From IMG/VR virus record IMGVR_UViG_3300007734_000753, positions 1-64,000 of that record: a DNA stretch of 64,000 nucleotides. One strand, given 5' to 3'. Both the position numbers and the translations under genes were made by a program. Positions within the stretch are counted from its first letter, which is position 1. Each line of letters opens with the position of its first letter. Of the stretch, positions 55,864 to 63,830 are shown in pieces. Source of the DNA: a virus. The notes under the pieces were generated by a model. The model worked only from the letters and a program-made list of their open reading frames with translations, was not told where the DNA came from and searched no databases.

Positions 55864-56880
55864 ATGAATATTCGCAAGTTAATTGAAGAAGAGTTGAATA
55901 AAGTTTTGAAAGAAGCAGAAGTCCCTCCCTCGGTCACTCCAACAGAAAAAGGTTTTTCTGCTCAAAATCCTTTTGATTCCGTTCAAGAACTTCAAGCTTA
56001 TTATGCAAAACCTGAAAACAAAAAAGAACAACAAGAAATAGCCTTTTATAAAACCGATAAAGGTGGGATAGTCAAAGCGTATGTTGTTGATGGTAACATT
56101 ATAGAAACATCCTCGGCACAACTAAAATACCCAAGCCCATTAGATTATGCCGATCAACAAACGCTAGCTAAACAAAGTCTTACAAGAAGATTCGGAGCAA
56201 AATGTGAATTTGCTTCTTTTGTTCAGAATCTAATAAGAGAAAAAATTAAATTTGACGATCCAATTCTCGTTAAAAAATTATCTGATGGCAAAATGGGTTT
56301 TGTAACAGCGACAGCTATAAATTATATGATAAATTATGCGACCAAAGCCGGTATACAAACAAATATAAAGCCGATCGCTTATAATAAACAGGCATATATG
56401 AACGCCTGCAAAACAGATAAAGCTACTATGCAAGAATTTCAGAAGTTATTTTATGCTGTACCAGCAGAAGAAATAAAAAAAGTGATACAACAAGCTGCGG
56501 CGCAACCAGCGGCGCAACAAGCTGATACCAATGATGTAACCCTTGAATTGTCTATGATTAGACAAATTATAGCAAAAAGATTAAGTTTATTACTAAAAAA
56601 TCCTTCTGACATTAAAAGAGTTTCTGATACAATATATACACAGTATTTACCAAATGAGATATATAAGAGCCGTATGAAACCTGAAGGCATTACAACAGAT
56701 GAAATGTATCGAATTGTAGGTGTTGTACTTGATCGATTTGACGCTGATTTTCCCGGCGCACTAGAAGATAAACCCAGCGCAACAGGCGCAGGAGCACCAG
56801 TGGGTAGTTTCGGGGGTGTGCAAGAATCCAAATCCCTCCGAAGTATGATCCTCAAAGAGATCCTTGCTGCTCTAAAATAA
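55864..56880 (+). CDS. Late-expressed hypothetical protein inserted among replication genes (MNIRKLIEEELNKVLKE motif)
   Basis: Own ACTATTTAT motif at 55832 and GAGGAG SD; shared motif at both termini. Confidence 0.6.
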   Translation: MNIRKLIEEELNKVLKEAEVPPSVTPTEKGFSAQNPFDSVQELQAYYAKPENKKEQQEIAFYKTDKGGIVKAYVVDGNIIETSSAQLKYPSPLDYADQQTLAKQSLTRRFGAKCEFASFVQNLIREKIKFDDPILVKKLSDGKMGFVTATAINYMINYATKAGIQTNIKPIAYNKQAYMNACKTDKATMQEFQKLFYAVPAEEIKKVIQQAAAQPAAQQADTNDVTLELSMIRQIIAKRLSLLLKNPSDIKRVSDTIYTQYLPNEIYKSRMKPEGITTDEMYRIVGVVLDRFDADFPGALEDKPSATGAGAPVGSFGGVQESKSLRSMILKEILAALK

Positions 56881-56885
56881 GTTTC

Positions 56886-56939
56886 TTGACATTATAGACA
56901 ATAAGCCCTATACTTGTGCAAAACTTGTATAGGGTTTTT
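56886..56939 (+). promoter_or_regulatory. Sigma70 promoter TTGACA-N17-TATACT overlapping a terminator-like inverted repeat
   Basis: aagccctatac (56903-56913) / gtatagggttt (56927-56937). Confidence 0.7.
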
Positions 56940-56954
56940 GTTTATAGGAGAAAT

Positions 56955-58109
56955 ATGGCTAGAGCTACAAAACAAAAAGAAGAAAAAGGTCGCATTGGTA
57001 TATCTCAATTGCGCGAGATGATAAATAAAAAAGCAGGCGCAAATGTTGCGTTTGATTTGACACAAGACAATCCATCAGATGTTACAGAGTGGATTAGTAC
57101 TGGTTCTCATGTTCTAGATTCTATTATTTGTCGTGGTAAAAAAGCAGGTATTCCTGCTGGTCGTATTACAGAATTAGCTGGTCTAGAAGCCTCTGGCAAG
57201 TCTTATCTTGCAGCACAAATTGCAGCAAATGCACAGAAACAAGGTTTTGACGTTGTTTATTTTGATTCAGAATCTTCACTTGATTCAGACTTCCTTGCGA
57301 AAGCAGGCTGTGATGTAAGCAACATTATTTATGCTCAAGCAACTTCAATCGAGTTTGTTCTTGAAACCATTGAAGAGCTTTTGGGTAGCAATCAGAATAA
57401 GATGTTGTTTATTCTAGATTCATTTGCTTTTACACCTTGCCTTGCAGATCTAAATGGTGATTTCAATCCACAGTCTAGTATGGCGATGAAGCCTCGTATC
57501 ATGTCAAAAGGTTTGACGAAGCTTATTCAGCCAATTGCTAACTCTGGTTCTGCATTTTTGGTATTGAATCAGCTAAAACAAAACATCGTGACAGGTCCAA
57601 CTGCTCACGTTGAAATGATGATTAATCCATATATCGTTCCCGGTGGTAAAGCTCTTGCTTATGCTTATTCATTGCGTATCTGGTTGACTGGTCGCAAGAG
57701 TAAATCAAGCTATGTTATTTCAGAAAATGGCTTTCGTATTGGCAGCGAAACAAAATGTACACTAAAGAAGAGCCGTTTTGGTACAGAAGGTCGTGAGTGT
57801 TCTGTAAAACTTCTATGGGGTGGTGAACAAATTCACGTTCAAGATGAAGATGCTTGGATGGAAATTCTAAAGAATTCTGAGCATGTAACTGTCGGACCTT
57901 GGTGGACATTAAAGTACGCCGATGGTTCTACTGTTAAATTCCGTTCAGCCGATTTTATGCAAGAGCTATCCAATGCCAAATTCCGTAATCGTGTTGTCGA
58001 GATCGTAGAGGAAGAGCTTATTACAAAATTTGATCAACAAAAAGGAAATGCAGCTAATTATTATAATGTTGATGGCTCTTTAGACGGCATCACAGAAGAA
58101 GAGGAATGA
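56955..58109 (+). CDS. uvsX: RecA/UvsX recombinase
   Basis: WISTGS..LD, GRITELAGLEASGKS, YFDSE, ILDS, LNQL, PGGKAL...SLRI; ATG 56955 after an AGGAG SD. Confidence 0.93.
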   Translation: MARATKQKEEKGRIGISQLREMINKKAGANVAFDLTQDNPSDVTEWISTGSHVLDSIICRGKKAGIPAGRITELAGLEASGKSYLAAQIAANAQKQGFDVVYFDSESSLDSDFLAKAGCDVSNIIYAQATSIEFVLETIEELLGSNQNKMLFILDSFAFTPCLADLNGDFNPQSSMAMKPRIMSKGLTKLIQPIANSGSAFLVLNQLKQNIVTGPTAHVEMMINPYIVPGGKALAYAYSLRIWLTGRKSKSSYVISENGFRIGSETKCTLKKSRFGTEGRECSVKLLWGGEQIHVQDEDAWMEILKNSEHVTVGPWWTLKYADGSTVKFRSADFMQELSNAKFRNRVVEIVEEELITKFDQQKGNAANYYNVDGSLDGITEEEE

Positions 58110-58110
58110 T

Positions 58111-58269
58111 ATGGCAAAGACAGAAGCTTCACTTTCTAAGAATAGCAAACGTGGACGCACAAAACCCAAAAAGACTCGTCAAGGGCGTAGCTGCAATACC
58201 AAGTATGCATTACATAAGAACTCAAAGCTTTATAAGAAAAAGTATCGCGGTCAAGGTAGAAAAAGATAA
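58111..58269 (+). CDS. Small highly basic 52-aa protein ending KKKYRGQGRKR (not in the ORF track)
   Basis: MAKTEASLSKNSKRGRTKPKKTRQGRSCNTKYALHKNSKLYKKKYRGQGRKR; GAGG SD; the KKTRQG...KY...YRGQG pattern is recalled from small T4-like phage proteins. Confidence 0.7.
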   Translation: MAKTEASLSKNSKRGRTKPKKTRQGRSCNTKYALHKNSKLYKKKYRGQGRKR

Positions 58270-58271
58270 AG

Positions 58272-58345
58272 ACTATTTATAGTACTTGACTCGATGAAGA
58301 AGATCCCCTATAATGAACTCAACATTTGTTATAGGGGATTTTTTT
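58272..58345 (+). promoter_or_regulatory. Late motif + sigma70 promoter (TTGACT-N17-TATAAT) overlapping a terminator hairpin
   Basis: ACTATTTATA at 58272; -35 at 58286; -10 at 58309; atcccctataa / ttataggggat followed by a T run. Confidence 0.7.
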
Positions 58346-58349
58346 ATGA

Positions 58350-58850
58350 GTGAAGAACAGAAAGAGAAGCAGTGTCTGCAAAATATGCAAAACCCTGACT
58401 TTTTATGGGAGATTCCTAAAAATGGTTCAGAGCAACATCTTGTACAGCAAGTGCAAGAAGTCGGAAGATCCGGAGAGGATACAACAAGTAATAAGGATCT
58501 TGAGAAGTGAATTGAATATAAGTGAAAGCGGTGTTGGTCTTTCGGCAAATCAAATTGGTATCAACGAAAGTATTTGTATCGTAAATGCCATTAGAGAAAT
58601 AGTGTTTGTAAATCCAGAGATTGTTGAGGCATCTGAAGAAATGTTTACATTTCATGAAGGATGCCTTTCTTTTCCAAATACTTTTGTAAAGACTATAAGA
58701 CATAAAAGAATTGTGGTAAAATCAGACAACAATGAACTTATGGAATTTGTTTATCATGATTTTGATGATAAAAACAACTTGGAGCTTGTCTGTGTTCAAC
58801 ACGAAATAGATCACCTAAACGGTATAACAATGTTTGATAGGAAACAATGA
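58350..58850 (+). CDS. def: Peptide deformylase
   Basis: GVGLSANQIG, EGCLS, QHEIDHLNG. The start may be ATG 58422. Confidence 0.93.
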   Translation: MKNRKRSSVCKICKTLTFYGRFLKMVQSNILYSKCKKSEDPERIQQVIRILRSELNISESGVGLSANQIGINESICIVNAIREIVFVNPEIVEASEEMFTFHEGCLSFPNTFVKTIRHKRIVVKSDNNELMEFVYHDFDDKNNLELVCVQHEIDHLNGITMFDRKQ

Positions 58851-59785
58851 GATACATGATCGTAGACAGCCTCAATCAATTTTTGAGGTCACTTGTCGTC
58901 AATCCAACTTTATCGCCAAACGGTCAGCGAATTGGTGGCATCGTTGGATATATGAAAACATTGCAGAAACTCTGCCGCGAAATCAAACCAGACCGTGTTA
59001 TCATCTGTTGGGATGGTCAAGGCGGCTCTCAACGACGACGTTCGGAAAACAAAAACTATAAAGAAGGGCGCAAACCTTTGCGTCTAAATTGGAATAACGA
59101 TCTAAACGAGGAAGATACCCTCAAGAATAAACTTTGGCAAACAAGCCGCTTGATGGAGTATATGAACAACCTTCCAGTTTGCCAGCTTATGTATGCTGCT
59201 ACAGAAGCAGACGACATTGTTTCTATGGTTTGTAAAGAATTGCCAGAAGATCAAAAGATTATTATTTCATCAGATAAAGACTTTTATCAATTATTGGACG
59301 ACAAAACAATAATCTTTCGTCCCGTGCAAAATGAGTTTGTAAATCGCAAAAAAGTCTTGGAAGAGTTTGGCATTCATCCAAACAATTTCGCAATTTCTAG
59401 AGCCATTTGCGGTGATAATTCAGACAATCTTTCTGGCATCAAAGGAGCCGGTCTGGCAACTGTTGCAAAGCGCCTGCCTTTCTTGAAAGAAGACAAATCA
59501 GCCACTTTCCAAGACATTTATGATTATTGTGAAGGTCAAGATAAGATCAAACTATATGACAATATATTAGAATCAAAACAAGTTATTGAAAACAATTATA
59601 AACTGATGCAGCTTTATGCGCCTTCGGCTGCACCATACATAAAACAAGGAATTCGGGACTCTTTAGAGAATTATCCAAAGAGCCTAAATAAGACAGAAGT
59701 GCGTAAAATGTTCATGATTGATGGGATAGGGGAGCTAGATTGGAGCGATCTTTTTTCAGTAATGACAAAGATTTCTTTCTCCTAA
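58847..59785 (+). CDS. 5'-3' exonuclease / RNase H (T4 Rnh/FEN family)
   Basis: IVDS, CWDG, YKEGR, EADD, SSDKDFYQL, GDNSDNLSGIKGAG. Confidence 0.92.
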   Translation: MRYMIVDSLNQFLRSLVVNPTLSPNGQRIGGIVGYMKTLQKLCREIKPDRVIICWDGQGGSQRRRSENKNYKEGRKPLRLNWNNDLNEEDTLKNKLWQTSRLMEYMNNLPVCQLMYAATEADDIVSMVCKELPEDQKIIISSDKDFYQLLDDKTIIFRPVQNEFVNRKKVLEEFGIHPNNFAISRAICGDNSDNLSGIKGAGLATVAKRLPFLKEDKSATFQDIYDYCEGQDKIKLYDNILESKQVIENNYKLMQLYAPSAAPYIKQGIRDSLENYPKSLNKTEVRKMFMIDGIGELDWSDLFSVMTKISFS

Positions 59786-59800
59786 AAGCTAATTATATAC

Positions 59801-59877
59801 AAATCCACCATTTGATAGTTCTCTATTGAGTGGTGGATTTTTTTTACCTTGATCAATCTAGGACAGTGTGTTACGAT
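59801..59877 (+). terminator. Terminator hairpin followed by sigma70-like promoter TTGATC-N17-TACGAT
   Basis: aaatccacca...tggtggattt plus a T run; -35 at 59849; extended -10 at 59872. Confidence 0.7.
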
Positions 59878-59902
59878 GCCAACATCATTTGCAGGAGAAT
59901 TT

Positions 59903-61303
59903 ATGACAGCCCAAAATGAAAAAGTGGACTTTTCCAAATTCGGTAAAAATTTTCAAGAAAAACTAGTACATATCATGTTTCGTGACCGATTATTCTGCGA
60001 CCAAATGCGCGAAGTAATCGATCTAAATTTCCTAGAAAACGCTTATACTCGCGTCTTTGTTGAGAAGATGTTCGATTATAAGGATAAGTTTCAATCGCAT
60101 CCAGCTGAAGCTACAGTCGCAACTATTTTGCGTTCAGACTTGGATAATGAAAATGAGGCAACACAAAAGCAAGTACGTGAGTATTTTGCTCGTATTGTTG
60201 CGGATAAAGAAGTTGAAGATGCAGACTTCGTAAAGACAACTGCCCTAGACTTCTGCAAAAAGCAGAAGCTCAAGGAAGCTATTATCAAGTCAGCAAAACT
60301 GCTGCAAAAATCTGCATCTTATGATGAAATCAAAAATGTTGTCGATTCCGCTCTTCGTTTGGGCAGCGACAATAACTTTGGTTATGATTATGAAAAAGAC
60401 TTTGACAAACGCTTTGAGCATCACTCTCGCAAAGCCATTTCAACTGGCTGGTCTGAGATTGATGAAATCACCCAAGGCGGTCTTGGTCGTGGCGAAATGG
60501 GCGTTGTAATTGCAGGAACTGGCGGTGGTAAATCGTTTAGTCTTGTTCATATCGGCGCTAATGCAATTTTATCAGGTAAAACTGTTGTTCACTATACGCT
60601 TGAGCTTTCTGATGTAAGTGTCGGTAAACGCTATGATAGTTGCATTACTGGTATCGAGCTAAATGAACTTACTAAAAACAAGCTAAAAGTTTTTGATACA
60701 CTAAAAGAGGTTGTGAAAGGCAAGCTTATCATCAAAGAATACCCAACTCGTACAGCTAGCGTTCTTACGTTGCGTAATCACTTGATGAAGCTAAAAAATT
60801 CTGGTAATGATCCCGATGTTATTATCGTGGATTATGGCGATCTTTTGGTAACAAAAAATGGTTCTGGTCAGAAATGGATTGACATGGAGACTATTTACGA
60901 AGAGTTGCGTGGTCTAGCACAGGAGTTTCAGTGCCCCATCTGGACAGCCTCTCAAGTAAACCGTAGTGCCTCGGAATCAGAGGTCATTACAATGGACGGT
61001 ATCGCTTCGGCGTTCAGTAAGTGCTTCGTGGCAGACTTTATTTGTTCAATGGCTCGTAATTCTAGTGCCCGCAATGGCAATTCTGCTCGTATGTATATTG
61101 CTAAAAATCGTAACGGTCCAGATGGCGGCATCTTCCCGATGTATATCGACTTATCCCGCGCCAAGCTAGAGGTATTACCAAAAGCTACGGAGACAGTTGA
61201 TTCTGTTCGTGAAGAGTCTGCCAAACGTCAAGCTGATTCACTGAAAGAAAAGTATAAGAAATTCAAGAAGTCCATGGATATGGACGATGACGACGAGGAA
61301 TAA
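59903..61303 (+). CDS. Replicative helicase (gp41/DnaB-like)
   Basis: Walker A AGTGGGKS, TLEL, IIVDY, WTASQVNR, AKNRNG; ATG 59903 after an AGGAG SD. Confidence 0.93.
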   Translation: MTAQNEKVDFSKFGKNFQEKLVHIMFRDRLFCDQMREVIDLNFLENAYTRVFVEKMFDYKDKFQSHPAEATVATILRSDLDNENEATQKQVREYFARIVADKEVEDADFVKTTALDFCKKQKLKEAIIKSAKLLQKSASYDEIKNVVDSALRLGSDNNFGYDYEKDFDKRFEHHSRKAISTGWSEIDEITQGGLGRGEMGVVIAGTGGGKSFSLVHIGANAILSGKTVVHYTLELSDVSVGKRYDSCITGIELNELTKNKLKVFDTLKEVVKGKLIIKEYPTRTASVLTLRNHLMKLKNSGNDPDVIIVDYGDLLVTKNGSGQKWIDMETIYEELRGLAQEFQCPIWTASQVNRSASESEVITMDGIASAFSKCFVADFICSMARNSSARNGNSARMYIAKNRNGPDGGIFPMYIDLSRAKLEVLPKATETVDSVREESAKRQADSLKEKYKKFKKSMDMDDDDEE

Positions 61304-61304
61304 A

Positions 61305-63164
61305 ATGGATATATCACAAAAAATACTTAGCGACATTACTCATCACATGAAGTATGCTCGCTATATCAAGCAAGAACTACGCAGAGAAAGTTATGAAGAT
61401 ACTGTAACTCGTAATATGTTAATGCATATTGCTAAGTTCCCACAGTTAGAACAAGAAATCCGGGATGCTTATAAATTTGTACTTGATCGCAAGGTTTTAC
61501 CTTCAATGCGTTCAATGCAATTTGGCGGGCGTCCCATTGAAGTAAATCCAGTTCGTATATTTAATTGTGCGTTCTTGGCTCTTGATGATGTTCGTGCTTT
61601 TAATGAGATCATGTTCCTTCTTCTTGGCGGAACTGGTGTCGGTTATTCAGTACAAAAACATCATGTAGAAAAGCTACCAGAGATTCGTAAGCCAAATCCA
61701 AAACGTACTCGTCGTTTTCTAGTTGGCGATAGCATTGAAGGTTGGGCTGATTCTGTAAAAGCCCTGATGCGTTCTTATTTTGATGGTGGATCAAAAGTTA
61801 TATTTGATTTTAGAGACATTCGTCCAAAAGGTGCTCGTCTTGTAACTGCTGGTGGCAAAGCCCCCGGTCCACAACCATTAAAAGAGTGCCTAATCAAACT
61901 AGAAGGCATTTTGGAGGGTAAAGAAGATGGTGACAAGCTTGAACCAATTGAAGTACATGACATTGTATGCCATATCGCAGATGCCGTATTGGCTGGTGGA
62001 ATTAGACGTTCTGCTCTTATTTGTCTCTTTAGCGCAGACGATGATGAAATGATCGCCTGCAAATCAGGTGCTTGGTGGGAAACCAACCCTCAACGTGGTC
62101 GTGCCAATAACTCCGCTGTTATTTTGCGTCACAGAATAACAAAAGAGTATTTTATGGATTTGTGGGCACGCATCAAAGCCTCTGGTGCTGGTGAACCCGG
62201 TATTTTCTTTACAAACGATAAAGAATGGGGCACAAACCCATGTGCAGAGATTGCTCTTCGCAGTAATCAGTTCTGCAATTTATGTGAAGTAAACGTAAGC
62301 GACCTAGAATCACAGGAGGATTATGAAGCAAGAGTCAAAGCGGCAGCGTTTATTGGTACGCTTCAAGCATCGTATACTGATTTTCACTACCTACGCGATG
62401 TATGGCGTAGAACAACTGAAAAAGAGGCTCTTCTTGGGATTGGAATGACAGGTATTGCTTCTAACAAAGTGCAAAAGCTTGATATGAAAAAGGCTGCGAA
62501 AGTTGCAGTTGAAGAAAATAAAAGAGTTGCTGCTTTGTTAGGTATCAATCCTGCTGCCCGCGTCACCACTGTAAAGCCTTCAGGCACAACTAGTTTGATT
62601 CTTGGTACTTCTAGCGGCGTTCATGCTTGGCATAATGATTATTATGTTCGCCGCATTCGTGTTGGTAAGAACGAAGCCATTTACAAGTATCTACTAGATA
62701 ATCATCCAGAGTTAGTTGAAGACGAATACTTCCGCCCACATGATACGGCTGTTATTTCGGTTCCACAAAAGGCTCCAGAAGGTGCTACTATGAGAACGGA
62801 AAGTGCCCTAGAAATGCTTGAGCGAGTAAAGGACATTCATAGCCGCTGGGTAAAGCCGGGACATATTAGAGGACAAAACACTCATAATGTTTCAGCTACA
62901 GTCTCAATCAAAGAAGATGAGTGGGAACAAGTTGGTGAATGGATGTGGGAAAACCGCGATTCATACACTGGCTTGAGTGTATTGCCTTTTGATACAGGAA
63001 CATATAAACAGACCCCTTTCCAAGACTGTACAAAAGAAGAATTTGAAAGACTTTTTAATGAACTAAAAAATGTGGAACTAACTCATGTTCTTGAAGTAGA
63101 AGATAATACCGATCTTCAGAATGAATTAGCGTGTACGGGACCAAATGGATGTGAGATAAAATAA
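61305..63164 (+). CDS. nrdJ: Class II (adenosylcobalamin) ribonucleotide reductase
   Basis: FNCA, GTGVG, GGIRRSA, GEPG, TNPCAEI, CNL, TTVKPSGT; C-terminal CTGPNGCEIK redox pair; no C-terminal YY pair of class I. Confidence 0.88.
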   Translation: MDISQKILSDITHHMKYARYIKQELRRESYEDTVTRNMLMHIAKFPQLEQEIRDAYKFVLDRKVLPSMRSMQFGGRPIEVNPVRIFNCAFLALDDVRAFNEIMFLLLGGTGVGYSVQKHHVEKLPEIRKPNPKRTRRFLVGDSIEGWADSVKALMRSYFDGGSKVIFDFRDIRPKGARLVTAGGKAPGPQPLKECLIKLEGILEGKEDGDKLEPIEVHDIVCHIADAVLAGGIRRSALICLFSADDDEMIACKSGAWWETNPQRGRANNSAVILRHRITKEYFMDLWARIKASGAGEPGIFFTNDKEWGTNPCAEIALRSNQFCNLCEVNVSDLESQEDYEARVKAAAFIGTLQASYTDFHYLRDVWRRTTEKEALLGIGMTGIASNKVQKLDMKKAAKVAVEENKRVAALLGINPAARVTTVKPSGTTSLILGTSSGVHAWHNDYYVRRIRVGKNEAIYKYLLDNHPELVEDEYFRPHDTAVISVPQKAPEGATMRTESALEMLERVKDIHSRWVKPGHIRGQNTHNVSATVSIKEDEWEQVGEWMWENRDSYTGLSVLPFDTGTYKQTPFQDCTKEEFERLFNELKNVELTHVLEVEDNTDLQNELACTGPNGCEIK

Positions 63165-63182
63165 TCCTCTAATAATGGTGTT

Positions 63183-63240
63183 TATTTTTACCACCTCTTT
63201 TTGTAGATATAACTATTTATATTAAGAGGTGGTAAAGATG
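63183..63240 (+). promoter_or_regulatory. RBS/AUG-sequestering hairpin with the late promoter in its loop
   Basis: tttaccacctctt (63187-63199) pairs with aagaggtggtaaa (63224-63236); ACTATTTATA at 63212. Confidence 0.8.
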
Positions 63241-63819
63241 AAAAGCAAGTTTGATAATACCTATGAAATAGGACATTTATTTGGTGAATGGAAACTATTA
63301 AATAATATTCCATTACGAATTCCAAAAAAGTCATCTACAACTAAAGATAAACATACGTTGAAATTTTTATGTTTATGTACAAGCTGCAATACAGAACATT
63401 TAGTTGATTGTTATAATCTAGAAAAAAGCATAAGTAAAAGGTGCTATAAATGCTCTATGAAAAATACTAAAGGGTGTAATAATCCATTTTGGAAAGGATA
63501 TGGAAAAATTGGTGCAAAGTTTTTAAGTCGTGCTAAACACGGTGCTTCTTTAAGAAAAATAAATTTTAATCTAACTTTGGAAGAGCTGGACAGAAAATGG
63601 CATGAACAAAAAGAAATTTGTGCTTTATCTGGTAAGCTCTTAACTTTAGAAGAAGCATCTATAGATAGAATTGATAGCGACGGAATATACGAATATAATA
63701 ATATTCAATGGGTCCACAAAGACATTAATCTTATGAAAAACCACTTAAATCAAGAATATTTTATTGAGATGTGTAGACTAGTTTCTGGCTATGCGGGCGG
63801 CGCTTGTGAAATCAAATAA
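63238..63819 (+). mobile_element. Free-standing HNH-family homing endonuclease gene
   Basis: N-terminal GHLFGEW..LCLCTSC..C..C..NPFWKG; CALSG; ASIDRIDSDGIYEYNNIQWVHKDINLMK; inserted at the nrdJ 3' end. Confidence 0.8.
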
Positions 63820-63830
63820 CTATTTACGGT

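Noticed and set aside
58313-58510. Separate 65-aa gene upstream of def
   Set aside because: It largely overlaps def in another frame and starts inside the promoter/hairpin; a short product from ATG 58346 cannot be excluded.
1088-62587. Numerous minus-strand and nested short ORFs in the track
   Set aside because: They are shadows of long + strand genes, with no SD, promoter or motif support.
26405-63164. Inteins in terminase, UvsX, helicase or RNR
   Set aside because: Lengths are normal and no C...HN splice motifs interrupt the conserved blocks.
63133-63792. Group I intron in nrdJ
   Set aside because: Only about 70 nt of non-coding sequence flank the HNH ORF, no P7 core was recognised, and nrdJ is already complete without splicing.
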